A stretch of DNA of 64,000 bases from Vicugna vicugna (Eukaryota): the NCBI GenBank assembly GCA_013265495.1, contig MU058384.1, positions 2,233,690 to 2,297,689 on the forward strand. The letters run 5' to 3'. The notes beneath the pieces were generated by a model that saw only the letters and a program-made list of their open reading frames with translations, did no database searches and had not been told where the DNA came from. Positions within the stretch are counted from its first letter, which is position 1, and each line of letters starts with the position of its first letter. This document shows, piece by piece, positions 1 through 14,095 of this stretch. Made by a program: the position numbers and the translations under genes.

Positions 1-2124
1 TCTGGTTTAGCCTGGATATATAAATTTGCTTAGCATGAGACTTCAATGAGATTACTAAGAGTATGCAGAGAGAGAAAACTCCTGAGGACTGAGCTGTGGG
101 AAAAGAGGTCCTGGCAAAATTAGAAAATCAAGACAGAAAATACTAGAGAAGGAGAAAATTAAAAATACCCACAGAAAATGGCTATGCCATCCACATTTTG
201 GGAATCTGTCATTCCAGACCTTTATTCCTTGCCTACATATGGCTTCCTTTTTTAAAATTTAACTTAGAAATGCATTCTAAAATTTCACTATATAGATTCC
301 TTTAAAAATAAATTTTGAGTAGATCAATACATGTATGTGATATTAAAATAAAAGATAATAAAAGTTTATAAGATGAAAAGGAACTCTCTGCTCCAGGAGA
401 CGACCTTGTATTTGGTCTCACCTCACGCGTGTACAACATATAAATATGTCTATGTTTACACACATGTATTCACACACACACTTAGGATATGCACATTGTT
501 CTACCACTTTCTCTTCTCAAACAATAGATCTTAGATTTTCTTCCATAGTGACATATACAGAACTTGCACTTTCTAGATGTAGTAGTATATTAAGATTGAT
601 AGCATGGTAGCTGCCCAGGTTACTCTAGTCAGACCTTTCAGGTGATCTTGCCTGGAGACGCCCCCACCACTGCATCTGCCAGAGCTTTCGGTCTGTCTTT
701 CCTTTCATCCTGTTTCTCCTTCTAATCATTCAGTTCTTGGTTTCTTCTTTTTCTCCATGTTGAAACACATCTACCATGGACTGCATCCTCTCACAGTATC
801 TTCTTTGTCATGCGAAAATGTAGCTATTTATTCACTAAATATTTGTTAAGGATTTTCTACCTCTTTGTAATATAGGGGGAGGTAGGGGACAGAATCTATA
901 GGAGCTCCTGTCTAACTGGAGATGCAGGATTGTAAACAAGTGATTACAACGCCAAGTTATAAATAATGCGTAACAGAGAGATAGGAATGGAATGCTTTGG
1001 GAGCTTGGGGAGGGGGATGGGGGAAAGGCAAGACTAACCTGGCATGAAAGGTGAAGCTACTGTAAGAAAGACAATTAGAAATATATATAATACATGTAAT
1101 ATATTGTATGTAATAACAATTTGTATGTATATAAATGGCTAAATAATATAGCTTCTGTTCATGGACTAAGTATAAGGACCATACTCCCTGGCCTGGGTGG
1201 CAGGTCCTTCCTAATCTGCCTCTAGGATATCCACACCCCTTTCCTCTGTCCCTACCTGCCTCTGTCCTTGGAGACACTTCAATAACCCTGATGTCACACA
1301 TTGTGCTCCCTTGGTCTGGAATACCTTTCCATGTGTGCTCACCTTTCCGGAGCTCAACAATGATAGTAATACCTTTGTGAGAATGAAAATAGTCAAATGG
1401 TTATATACAGATAATTTTAGTAGCTGAAATCTATTATGCATAAATTTGCATACAGTCTCATCTGATCTTTTTAACAACCTGATGAGACAGATTTTAACCC
1501 TATTTTTGAAATGAGGATGTTGAGGATAAAAGATATTAAGCAAATATCTCCCCAAAAGTCACACAACTAGTCAGGAGCGCGGCTGGAATGTGGCTGGAAT
1601 GTTTACTGAGCTCTAGCTAATTCTGGAGCCCACCTCTCAGCTTTGTTGCCACTCAGAATGGTCTTTAGTAAAATAATTCTGCAACTTAAATATCTTAAAC
1701 AAAAATTTTCTCGTATATACTCCAATAATTTTGGCTCCTCACTTATTGGCATAATAACCATTACAATTACTTTTTACTTTTAGTTTTGTAAATTGCAAAA
1801 GTAATGTTTATTATAAAAATTTTAAAATATAAATAAGCAAGATAGCAAGAATAAGGAAATTATTATCCATAGTCCCACATTCTGGGGGAAAAGGACAATT
1901 TTAATCAACAGACTACACACTGTATGATTTCATTTATCTGGCATTCTGGGAAAGGCAAAAACTGTAGGGAAAGGAAACAGTGGTTTCCAGAGGCTGAGCT
2001 ACAGAGGGCATTAGAGCTGATGGAAATGGTCTGTATCTTGTTTGTGGTGACAGCTACATAACTGTATATATTTATTAAAGCTGATAAAACTGTACAGTAA
2101 AAAGTGCATATAAATTATACCTCA

Positions 2125-2428
2125 AAACATAGGAAAAAAACTTCTTGTTATGGGGGGGGATGGAAGGATAAATTAGGAGTTTGGGATTTGTAGATACTAC
2201 TATGTATAAAATAGATAAACAACAGATTTCTAACTGTATAGTGCAGGGAGCTATATTAAATACTTTGTAATAGCTTCTAATGGAAAAGATTCTGAAAAGG
2301 TATATATATAAATATATATATAATATAACATATATATTATATATAATATACATATATATAAAACTGAATCACTATGCTGTACACCAGCAATTAACACAAC
2401 GTTGTAAAAAACTATACTTCAATAAAAA
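2125..2428 (+). mobile_element. Short L1 3' UTR insertion nested in an older L1 3' end (~1900-2460)
   Basis: Ends AACTGAATCACTATGCTGTACACCAG...ACTTCAATAAAAAA; TSD AAATTATAC(C/A)TCA at 2112-2124 and 2429-2441. Confidence 0.85.
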
Positions 2429-2559
2429 AAATTATACATCAGTAAGCCTGACTGGAAAATAATTAACATTTTGCTGTATATCCTATCATACTTTTTCCTA
2501 TGCATGTATATGGTAAATATGTATCTTTTAAAAGTTTATGTATGATTGCTGTTAATATA

Positions 2560-3000
2560 CATTATTTTTTGAAACATTTCAAGATTTACAGAAAGTTGCA
2601 AAGTTAGTACAGACTTCTCATTTTCACTTTCCACATAATTAACAACTAATATTAGTATGACACATTTTGCAGGGAAGGAGCCAATATTGATACATTATTA
2701 TTAACTAAAGTCCAGAGATTATTCAGATTTCTTTAGTTTTAACTCAATGTCCTCTCCTGTTGCAGGAACCCATCCAGGATCCCACATTACTTTTATTTCT
2801 CATGTCTCCTTAGGCTCCTCTTGGTTGTGACAGTTTCTCAGATTTTCCTTGTTTTGATGACCTTGACAGTTTTGAGGTACTGGTCAGTGATTTTGTAGGA
2901 TGCCTCACTATTGGAATTTGTCTGGTGTTTTTCTCATGATTAGACTGGGGACATAGGCTTTGGAGAGGAAGACCATGGAGGTTATATGCCATTTTCAACA
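2560..3000 (-). mobile_element. Old L1 3' end (L1MC-like)
   Basis: CCATCCAGGATCCCACATT...CTCCTTAGGCTCCTCTTGG...GATGACCTTGACAGTTTTGAGG resembles the L1MC 3' UTR consensus. Confidence 0.7.
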
Positions 3001-4814
3001 TATGTATATTATGCTTTATAACCTACTTTTCACTCAAAAATGTATCAAATACATATTTTCTACTCACTGCATATAAATCTATATCCTTCTTAATGGTGAT
3101 AATAGTATTCTATTGTTTGGATGTAGCAAAATTGTTTAACCAGTCACCACCTATTATTGGACACTGTAGTGTTTCCATTATTACAAGTACTACTGTATAC
3201 ATATTTGTGCAAACATCTTTGTAAACTTGTCTGCTGACTTCCTTAGGTTAAATCCCGAGCTGGAGTGCTGAGGTAAATTGTTTTCACTTTTTGTCGTTGT
3301 TGTTGTTAATGCTTTTGATACATAGCACCTAAGTGCCCTCCAGAAAATTTGTTATCGATTTGAGCTCCTAGCAATCATGTTTCAGTGCTCTGTTTCCTTA
3401 CATTCTAGCTAATGCTGATTATTATTCTTTTCAACCTTTATTATTTATTTTATTTTTATATTATATTTTATTATTTATTATTATTATTTTCAATCTCTGT
3501 CAATTATAGTAGAAAATGTATCATGTTGTATTATATTTGTACATTATCTTCTGCCAGGCAGTGAGCTCCTAAAGGAAAAAGATTAGATCTTACTTATTTT
3601 CCAGCCAGAGTCTAAGTTACTGCCTGAAAGAAATAGGTTACATGATCCGACAAGAGCATCCGTGCTAAGGAGAGGAAGGGTTTTCACCATCACTGGGTGC
3701 AGTTGCGTCCTCTGGGCCAATGAATGACCTGGGTGCGTTATGTAATTGAAAAGTGTGGCTCTAACAATGTGAGTTTCAGACCAGAAAGGAGAGAAATCCA
3801 CACTGGATCAAAAGAGGGTAAACAGGATCTTGCTGTTTTCCTCAAATAACAAACTTGATGGCTGGAGGTTTATTTTACCAACTCTGAAAAGGCGGATCAC
3901 CTGATAGCTTCTTTAAGCTGTAATGCTATTAAAGTATTCCCATATCACAGCCTTTTAAAACAATTAGATACATTTGTGATTTCCACATCTCTTTTTCAAT
4001 CAATACTATCTTATATTTGTGGCCTTACTTATCAGTCAGAACTGTCAAAAATTTAATTTTTCTTTTTTTTCTGCACACTTCTCCAATATTTTATTTATAC
4101 CCTTTCTTATAAAACTTTGACTCTCTCCCCTTTCCCATACTTTGCTCCTCCTGAAAGTTGTTGTCACTTATAAATGTATGATGCAGCCATACTGATAAAT
4201 CTCACTGTTTCACTTTGTCACTGGAAGAGGATGCTATGCAAAAAGAAAAGGAATCTGTGCTTTCATATCAAAGAGTTTTAGTTTTGTTTTCTTCTAGTTT
4301 TGCAAGATTGACTTGTTTTGTAGGGTCTGAAAAAAGAAAAAAATGTTTTTGAGGCCTAATCGTAATTCATCAGACTCCTAAATTTGTTACATTTTTCAAT
4401 TTTCAGTGGGAAGTTTTCAGTAAAGTATCCCTCTCATCTGAGAATTTCCAGATGTTCTTTACAAGGTCTTAACCATCCCTCCCAGTGATCACGTAACCTC
4501 TCTGTGTTATGGGAGTGCCCTTAGGATTCTTCCAATCCAGGCTGACAAAGACTGGGCCCCGAGTTGTAAGACAGGAAAAAAAGAGAATGATCATCATTAG
4601 GACATGATGATGAGAAATTCAAAGACCCAGACAAGTTCCTGGATAAGAATTGCAGTAGTATTAAAACTAACTTTGCAATTTGGATCTTTTTATAATCTAT
4701 ACTGAATCTCTTAGTAGCTAAATCCATTAGCAGAGAAAAATAGCTTGTGTAATTTTAGTACACAAAAGAGAGGGGTTTATAAGATGGTGATAAAATATAT
4801 ATTTTTTGTTTTCT

Positions 4815-4939
4815 TTTTTTAAATTAGTTTAGGAGGTTTTTTTGGAAGGGAGTTGGAGGTAATTAGGTTATTTATTTATTTATTTTTTTGATGGAAGTAA
4901 TGGGGATTGAACCTCTTGCATGCTACGTATATGCTCCCC
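4815..4939 (-). mobile_element. Degenerate tRNA-derived SINE (same family, partly deleted)
   Basis: GGAGGTAATTAGG-(TTTA)n-ATGGAAGTAATGGGGATTGAACC shared with the other copies. Confidence 0.75.
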
Positions 4940-6609
4940 ATAAATATTTAAACAAGTTTTTTACAATGAAACAAACCAAACCATTGCTCTTGTTTGTTCA
5001 TTAGTTAATTTACTATAAAATTATTTTTCCTGTATATGCATGTGGAGCTATAGGCATTTAGGCTGAATGCTTTAAAATTATGTCTTTAGTTTTTTTTTTT
5101 CCTCATGTCCTGAATAATTTCTCATATTAACAGTCTCGCTTTGATTACTTAAAAATTATTCAGTAATTCCTTTCATTGAAGATTATTAATAACTATATTT
5201 GAAAAAGCAATGGTCTTTATTGATATTAAATTAGTTTATGTTTAATGACATATTTTTTGTTGCTACAAGTTATATTTATTTTTCACCAAACAATGCCTAG
5301 ACAACCTTACTATTAACTCCTAATCTAGATTTTAGAAATACGTTAAGATGACTAGAAGTCAGAAGAATAGAAGATGGGAAACAATGAGGAAATTAAACAT
5401 CATTTAAATTATCAGCATTGTCTACCTGAGACTGTAATTGAGAGAGAAGGAAGGTGATCAGAATTGAGTTACAAGAAGGAGCCTCTTACTGTTTCTATCT
5501 TTAAAGGCTCAGACTTGATAAGGGCTCTAGAATGTTTCTTTGACAATCATAGGAAAGGAACTTGGGGCTCAAAGTCTCCACGGTCACACTAGAGTTTAGG
5601 CATTTAATGACTGGTAATCATCAGGCATTTAGGTAAATTAAAATGAGTATATCTGACTGAATCCCATCACTTCAATTCCAGAATGTTAAATCTTTTAGAA
5701 TAACCAGAATATTACAGCTACATTAAGCCTTTCAAATATGAAATTAGGTATACAGAATTCCCAATAAAGTATTTCAGAAAGGAAGTTTCCCAGGACCTAC
5801 GAAGCTCCTTGGCAGAGTAACATGCAGAATGATGTCAGCCTAGTAAAATATGGTGATAAAACAAGACTTTCAGATGGAATGATAAATTTAGCCATTGTAT
5901 AAGTCAGTCAGGGTTTTTTGAGCAACTCTCTGAATTCAAGATGGCAGAGGCACACTTTCCCACATAAAACAGCAAGGGAAAAATAAGTAGTGTTCTCTGT
6001 TCCTAAACTCCCTACCAACTGCGTCTCTACCTTGCTCAAAAGCCTCCCGTCCTTCCTTCCTTCTTAGAGAAGCGTCTCCCCAAATCTGTGCTATGGAACA
6101 CTATTATTCTAAGAGATAGTAATAGATCTTGTTGGAAAATAGATAACTTGTGGGGAAAAGAATTCCAAAATGTGTTTTTTAATCTATACATGTAAGAAAA
6201 ACTCTAAACACTTTTAAGAAATGATTAACATGGGATAATTTGCCTTTAAGAAATGAATGCCAACTTCTGTGCCTCAAAAATCACTTTTATACAGAAATGT
6301 AGCCAATTTAAATACAAAATTATATCCCACTACCTAACCAGAGACTGTGAAGAAGAATGTAAATAAATATTATTTCTGTTTCTGTGTAATAGGCCTGTGT
6401 TCAAAGAAGAACATGAACATATTATAAGAATGCAACACTCTGTTAATTCTGTCCAAGGATCTTCATCAGCCAACTATCATGCTGTTGTTTGCCATCTGTA
6501 CCTTGAGGGATTATGAGATTTTATCTAACATGCTTCATAACTTTTTCCAAACTCTGGTCAAATCACATACTTCCATTTAAAATGCAATCATGCCATAACA
6601 CTTTGCTCC

Positions 6610-7130
6610 AAAAAATCACTTTTAAAAAGTTAAAAGATAACAGACTGGAGAAGTTACATGCTGCACATTTAACTGACAAAAGATTGGTATCAAGAACATA
6701 TAAAAATGTGAACAAAAGATAGGAACAGGTAATTCACAGAGGAGAAAATCAAAATGATCAATAGTCATGAAAAGATGTTCAACTTCACTAGTGATCAGAT
6801 GAATGCAAATTAAAACTAAAGCAAAATAACATTTCATATTTAGATTGGCAAAAAACTAAAAAGTCTGATACTGTCAAGTGTTGTGAAGATTGTGAAACAG
6901 GATTCTTATACACATCAGATGGGAATATGAATGAGTACCACTCTGAAGTGTTGATTGGCAATATCTGGTAAATTTAAAAAGATGTGCTTAACTCATGATC
7001 CAGTAGTTCTACTTCTAGGTACATGCACATGTGCACAAGGAAACAGACAACAAAAATCATCATTGCAACATTGTAACAGCAAGAATCGGAAGCAATACAC
7101 GTGTCTAAATGTGCCTAAATGGAATGGCTA
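6610..7130 (+). mobile_element. Old L1 ORF2 3' remnant
   Basis: Degenerate ORF2 C-terminal sequence (DKRLVSRTYK; ATGAAAAGATGTTCAACTTCACTAGTGATCAG...ATGCAAATTAAAAC). Confidence 0.75.
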
Positions 7131-9735
7131 TATTGGGAAATATTCACTGATTCAGTGAATATTTATTGAGCACTTGCAGTATGCCAGGGCTGTTTGGGGT
7201 ACTGGGTATACATCAGGAACAACAAAAAAAATCTGCTCTCACAACTTACATTTTATTGCCAGGATGGGGAGAGCTAGGGAGAAGAGACAGACAAAAAAAA
7301 AAGAAAAAAATACGATGTATGAGAGACGGTGAGATGTGTCCTGCAGAAAAATAAAGCAGAGGCTGAGGAGAGGGCAGGAGAAATTCTTGGGGGTCAGGAA
7401 GCTGCTCTGGTGTAGATACCATGTGAATAAGCCCCACCCCCAGTGGTGAGGGAATGAGCCCTGCAGGCATTGGGGCAGAGCTGGGGAGACCTGGAGGCTG
7501 CAGGTGCAAAGACCTGGATGCAGGATTCCTGGTGAAGTTGGGAAATGGCACTGGTGGGGTGGGGAGTCTGGCAGGTGCCTAGAATTAGGTAGTCCTGAGC
7601 CCACTTCGAAGACCACTGCTCCAGTCCATGGGCTGTTCAGTTATTGAGCACCCATGGTATGCCCCACACCATTCTCAGCTTTTTAGACCTATTTTGTTAT
7701 TTCATGTTCACAGTCTTCTTAAGTCTCTGTAAGGTAGTTAGTCTCGTTTCCTGGATGAGGACACTGAGTTCCAAAGAGGGTAATTCACTCAAGATCAGGA
7801 AATGGCAGTGTGCTGATTCAAATCCTGGCCTGCTGGCAGGGGTTTTAGTGCCTGGTGGGCCACCTCTTGGATTTGTTCTGAGTTTTCCCCTCTGGCACCA
7901 GGTGTGTTTCCCACCACCCCAGCTGTACATTGGTTCACCTACTGGCCTCACCTGCGGTTATCACCTTGAATCTCGATACCCTTCTCCTCTGGAATGTGGG
8001 AAGAGACGAGGTGGGACAGTTCCTCTTCCTCCTGGTCTCCTTCCCTTGTCTCTCCAAGGTTAGCACGTCAAGCTGTACAGGTCTGTGCAAATGGCCTTAG
8101 TGGAGGTTTGGGGCCGCTTCACAGGGGATTTTTGCAAGTTGGATTTTCTCTTGAGTCTCAAAAGGGAAGAGAAGTGAAGACTTAGGTCCTTACAAGAAGT
8201 TCTCCTCTTGACACTTTCCCTGCTCTTAACCTGGCTCCCGTGTACTCCTTCTGAGCACTTTCTTCTGCATGGAATCTTGTGTAATTTCTTTATCTTTATT
8301 GTCTGGCAAGAGCTTCAAACTCGGTTACATTCTAATCACTAGTTTTCTTCGGATTTGTTATCGGTGGTGGTGGTGGTGGTTTCTCTTCCGGCTGCCACAC
8401 ATATTTATGATATTCCATTTCTTTAATAAATTAGACCTTTTTAAACCACAATCATTCCCCATGAATCTGTGGCTGAAAGAAGCCAACTAAAAAAGAAAAA
8501 AAAAAGCCATCTTGGGTTTCTCACACTTTCTGATTATAGTAGCAAATCTCTGAACACTTCAAAATGACGAACAGTAGTGCCAGCAGTTTCTGAAAAGCTG
8601 GCAGGTGAGTGGCAAAAGCAAATACAGAGCAGTGTTTATGGAGTGTGTTACCATTTGGGTGTAAAGATTCTCTCTACAAAGACATGAGTCACTGCAAGCA
8701 GTGGTTGTCTCCATGGAGGCAAACTAGGCTAATATGCCTCAAGGGTAGAAGGCAGGGAAACTGGCTTTCACTCTTGACTTTTTGTGCAGTTGGATGTTTT
8801 TCTTCACCAGTATACATAATGCACTTTTTACAAAGGCAAAAACTGAAATAAACTATCTGGAGGTGAACTATTGAAAACATATAGTGATTTTTGGAAGAAC
8901 CTATTTAGAGAGTCCTTGAATGTTGCAAAACATGCAGTACACCCTTTGCTATGATGGACCTTGTGAAGTGGCGTTTTGTTTTGTGAAAACAAAGTGAAGG
9001 AGTAGATCTGATGTAGCACCTGATATGAGGACCTGACCTTCAAACTAACATCAAGTGGCCACATTATGGGGAAAGAAAAGAGCCCATTTCTCATTTTAAA
9101 ATATTTTTTGCACATTATTTTGTACATTAAAAGTATAAAATGAGAGATATTTGACATTAGGTATCACTTGTTCTTAATGAAATGTTTTGATTTCTATGAG
9201 TGGGTCTGTTAAAAATGGGAAAAATCCTGTTTTGAACATTTCTTATAGTTTATCTGAGGAGATTTTTTTGGCTGCTTGCTTTAATTCAGGCAGGAGCTGT
9301 AACTACTGATTTTTCTGATGGTATTTTATTGAGATGTTATTATGTTAAAAAGCATTTAATTCCTGATGGTCATCCATGAATATATTATAATGTTAAAAAG
9401 CATCCTGGGGTCAGTTAGCTTGGACAAAGGATAGAGATGAAACTCCTCAGCCATTCTCATTCTGGGTCCCAGCCGCTCCACCTTCTCCTGTAACCAAAAT
9501 ATTCTGTCCTTTGTGCCCTGGTTCCCTTTCATTTCTTATATTTTCCAGACCCTTTCCTTATTCTTTCTCTCATTTGGGCCCCTCCCACCCACTTTTCAAA
9601 CCATGCTTTAAGGGCCAGAATTGATCTACGTTTAAAACCTTTAAGCTTTCACTGACCATCCCTAGCTGCCGTGACATTAAACTCCACTGAAACCCTATTA
9701 CATACCATTTCTTTACCTCACTTGCTCATTATTAT

Positions 9736-10235
9736 GTGCCGGGCGCAGAATGCAGAGTAATGGCCCCTCAACGATGTCCACATCCTAATCCCTGGAACCT
9801 ATGAGTATGTTAGGTTACATGGTAAAGGAGAATTAAGACTGCAAAGGGAACTGAAGTTGTAAATCAGGTGATTTTAAAGTAGGCAGATTATCCTGGATTA
9901 TCCAGATGGGCCCAGTGTAATCACAAGAGTCCTTTAAAAGTGGAAGAGGCAGAGTAGGGAACCAGAAGGATGCAGTGTGAGGACTCCGCCTGACATTGCT
10001 GACTCTGAAGGATGCCATAAGCCAAAGAATGTGGGTGGCCTCCAGAAGCTAGATGAGGCTAGGACACAGATACTCCTACAAGACTGTCTAGAGGAATGCA
10101 CTCTTGTGACACCTTGATTTTAGCCCAGTAAGATCCATTGCAGACTCCTGATCTCCCAGAATGTAAGATAATACATTTGTATCATTTACACTACAAAGTT
10201 TCTGGTAATTTGTTACAGCAACAAGAAAAAACTAG
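9736..10235 (+). mobile_element. Solo LTR, ERVL-MaLR MLT1 (MLT1D-like)
   Basis: TAATGGCCCC...GATGTCCACATCCTAATCCCTGGAACC...GATTATCCTGGATTATCCAG...GGTAATTTGTTACAGCA typical of MLT1. Confidence 0.85.
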
Positions 10236-10679
10236 GATTACTTAGTAATTTTTTTAGGTATTTTGACATCATCCTTTCAAGTGATTTTCAGTTCTGAGAA
10301 GATGGGTACCAAGCCTTAGATATCTTTATAGACCAACATTATAACAAGGTCTTGAGCACAGAAAGTGTCAAAATCCAATTCTAAGAATTCAGGAAGGGGA
10401 GGAGAGAGTTAACCCACTAAAAATCTGTACGCTGATTTTAGATGTCATATCTACACAGGGCAGTCATCGCAGCTTTACTCGTCCTGATAGTGGCCTTAAG
10501 TATTTATGCTGGTATTAAACAGCTCTCCTGAGCAAACTTGAAGGGGAGGAGGTAACTTGTGTCACTTCCTAGCAAGTCATTTATTCAATGCACATGATGG
10601 TTAGGGCTTCAGATTGCTGTTTAAAAATGTGCTTCCTTTGCTTCACTGATGTTGGCAAAGCCAGAATTAACAGTTGCAG

Positions 10680-10880
10680 TGTGCTTGTTAAGAGCCAAGT
10701 ACAGTTCTAAGTGCTTTACCTATATGATCTCATTTCACCTACAACCCCATAAGCAGAGCCTATTATCCCCATTCTAAGGAAACTGAGGGACAGAAACATT
10801 AAGTTCCCCAGTAACATAGAACTTATGAGTAGTGGAGCAGTGATTCAACCCTAGGCAGCCATTCTCCAGAACCCAAGCTT
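10680..10880 (-). mobile_element. MIR SINE remnant
   Basis: TATTATCCCCATT...AGGAAACTGAGGGACAGA core and GATTCAACCCTAGGCAG. Confidence 0.75.
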
Positions 10881-11886
10881 TGAATTTTAACTTCTGCAAT
10901 CCTAGTGGTTTATCATAAAATCCTTCATACCTCAAGCCTGTGGTGTTTAGGTAAAAGTTCAAAAAAAAAAAAAAAAAGAAATCAACTCTCAGTGGCTCCT
11001 GTTTCATTCATTTTTCTTACTTCTTTCCAATCAGATTTATTTCCTGATCAGAATTTGGAAATTTTACCCAGTTGGCATCTCTAAGCTTTTCTGAGTTATT
11101 AGCTTTTTTTCAGAGTTTAGATGGGTATAGCAGTAATTCATCATAAAAGAAAATGGTACATACGGGATTTACTCACTTGAAATTAAATTTGACATTTGGG
11201 TTGCCAAAGAACATTTTTTCCCCCATTCCATTTGTTTACATTAGACTCTTATCCATGTAGCATACATTGAAGTATAAACAGTGAATAGATCTGGTTGGAG
11301 AAATTTTGGGTGACTTTTATGTTCTTTGACCTTTGTGTTCCAAATTATTTTCATGAATGTGAAACCTTTATGATTAACAGTGCTATGTAAATGTTAAATC
11401 ACAAAATGATTCATATTACATAAATTTTATGTGTTTCCCTTCTATGCTATATTTTAAACATATTCCCATCTTGTTGATGCTGCTTCAGTGATGTCATCCT
11501 ATTCTGTAGTACAAAGATATTACAATTTATTTTGCCAATATCTAATCTAATCACTTTTTTCTTTTTGTCACATTTTGGTTGTAAGAAACAATGCCCCAAT
11601 AAACATCTTTGTAACTAAATATCCATGTACTTTCATTATTTCCTTAAGCTGCATTTCCAAATGTGAAAATGCAATGCCAAGGATTTGCAGGTTTTAAAGC
11701 AGATTTTCGTGGAATTTTAAACATATGTCAAATTTCCCTTCAGAAAATTGATACCACCTTTCTTTTCCCCACCAGTAGTGTTTGAAAGGTTAGATTTTCC
11801 CTTCCCTTGATAAAAGTAGATATTTTTTACCTTGCATTGCTTATGAGTTTAAATATTTCCTTTTTGTATATTTGTAAGTTTTTTAA

Positions 11887-12043
11887 GTAACCTGCTACTT
11901 TCTTTTTTAGAAATTATTTTATTTTGGGGGGGTGGAGGTAATTAGGATTATTTATTTATTTATTTAATGGCAGTACTGGGGATTGAACCCAGGACCTCGT
12001 GCACACTAAGTGTGCACTCTAGCACTGAGCTATACCCTCTCCC
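11887..12043 (-). mobile_element. tRNA-derived SINE (camelid Vic-1-like)
   Basis: Reverse complement reads GGGAGAGGGTATAGCTCAGTGCTAGAG (A box)...GGGTTCAATCCCC (B box)...(TAAA)n...CCTAATTACCTCC and an A-rich tail. Confidence 0.88.
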
Positions 12044-12049
12044 TGTAAG

Positions 12050-13110
12050 TTTTTTTTTAACTTTTTTTTTTATTGAGTTATAGTCATTTTACAATGTTGT
12101 GTCAAATTCCAGTGTAGAGCACAATTTTTCAGTTATACATGAACATACATACATTCACTGTCACATTCTCTTTTGCTGTGAGCCACCACAAGATCCTGTA
12201 TATATTTCCCTGTGCTACACAGTACAATCTTGTTTATCTGTTCTACATTTTGAAATCCCAGTCCCTTCCCACCCCCTGTCCCCCTGGCAACCACAAATTT
12301 GTATTCTATGTCTATAAGTTTTTTTCTGTTTTGTATTTATGTTTTTTGTTTTTGTTTTTAGATTCCGCATATGAGCGATCTCATATGGTATTTTTCTTTC
12401 TCTTTCTGGCTTACTTCACTTAGAATGACATTCTCCAGGGACATCCATGTTGCTGCAAATGGCGTTATGTTGTCGGGTTTTATGGCTGAATAGTATTCCA
12501 TTGTATAAATATACCACCTCTTCTTTATCTAGTCATCTGTTGATGGACATTTAGGCTGTTTCCATGTCTTGGCTATTGTAAATAGTGCTGCTATGAATAT
12601 TGAGGTGCAGGTGTCATTTTGAAGTAGGGTAACTTCTGGATATATGCCCAGGAGCAGGATTCCTGGGTCTTATGGTAAGTCTATTCCTAGTCTTTTGAGG
12701 AATCTCCATACTGTTTTCCACAGTGGCTGCACCAAACTGTTTTTTCCTTTTTAAGTCGTATGAGCTGCTTATATATTCTGGAGATCAAGCCTTTGTCAAT
12801 TTCATTTGCAAAAATTTTCTCCCATTCCGTAGGTTGTCTTTTTGTTTTACTTAGGGTTTCCTTTGCTGTGCAGAGCTTGTAGGTTTAATTAGGTCCCATT
12901 TGTTTCTTCTTGCTTTTATTTCTATTGGTTGTGTAGACTGTCCTAGGAGAACATTTTTGAGATGTATATGAGATAATGTTTTGCCTATATTTTCTTCTAG
13001 GAGGTTTATTGTGTCTTGTCTTATGTTTAAGTCTTTGATCCATTTTGAGTTTATTTTTGTGTATGGTGTAAGGGAGTGTTCTAGTTTCATTGATTTACAT
13101 GCTGCTGTCC
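12050..13110 (-). mobile_element. 5'-truncated LINE-1 of the same subfamily as the 30.9-33.4 kb copy, with internal deletion
   Basis: Near-identical to 30900-32210; ORF 12851-13153 contains [27 protein letters not shown]. Flanking repeat TCCCTGTAAGTTTTTT at 12040 and 13108. Confidence 0.95.
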
Positions 13111-13799
13111 CTGTAAGTTTTTTAATTGCCTGCTTTGATTTTTTTTGGTCCATTTAAAAATATCTGTCTATTTTCCCTATTGATTGATAAAAACTTCTAT
13201 ATTAAAGACATTAGCCCATTGTCTTTTTTTTTTTTTTAAGTGATTATTTTCCCTAGCTTTTCTTTGCCTTTGCATTTTGTTCGTGGTAAGGTCTTTTGGC
13301 TTGTTCATTTGACCTTGAATCAGAGGGAAGAACTATATAGATTCCTTGGATTATGGCACAACTTTGTCACTGTTTAATGGCCTTCACATATGTTAGCTAT
13401 TTTTTCTATTTTCCATTTTCCTCCTCTTCCAGTCCTATTGCTCTGCCTACCCCTGGCCCTGGGCTTCTACTCCAAAGTGTGATGTCATTAATATATGTCC
13501 TTGAATATGTATATATTCTTTAATCATATAGGTAGAGGAATATATATACTGTTATTTTGTATGCAGCTGTTTTAAATATTCCTGACTATACTGTGCTTGA
13601 GATCTTGCTGTGATTTCAAGGTGAATTCATGTTTTAGTATGTTTGTCTATAGTATGCCATGGAATAAAACTTCAGCATTTAACTTCTCCATTCTAATGAT
13701 GGACACATAGCTTGCCACCAGCTCCCCTCTGTGATAGAAAACATTGGCATGTCTATCCCTGTGTACGCCCGTAGATGCCATGGGGTGGGTGTCTTTGGG

Positions 13800-14095
13800 A
13801 CAGGATTTGCAATCATTTTTGGGCTGTGATCTCTGTAGCAGTCTGGTGAAGCCAGTGGGCTCTTCTCAAAATATGTTTTTAAATGCATAAGATAAAATAT
13901 ATGGAATTATAAAAGGTATGCTTCTTTCTTAATGAATTAAAATATATAATGACTGGTAACTGATAATTTCAAAGTAATGCTGGCCATAAACAATAATGAC
14001 AATACTTATGATTTCTATTCATCCCCATGTCACAGGTACTATCAATATTAGTGTGGTTTGTTGTTTACATACATGGATCAAAGAAAATGCTAGAT
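13800..14095. mobile_element. hAT-Charlie-type DNA transposon remnant (MER119-like, family uncertain)
   Basis: GCAGTCTGGTGAAGCC...CTTCTCAAAATATGTTTTTAAATGCATAAGATAAAATA resembles a recalled MER consensus. Confidence 0.5.

Noticed and set aside
998..1024. G-rich run with G-quadruplex potential
   Set aside because: Isolated common motif with no associated functional context.
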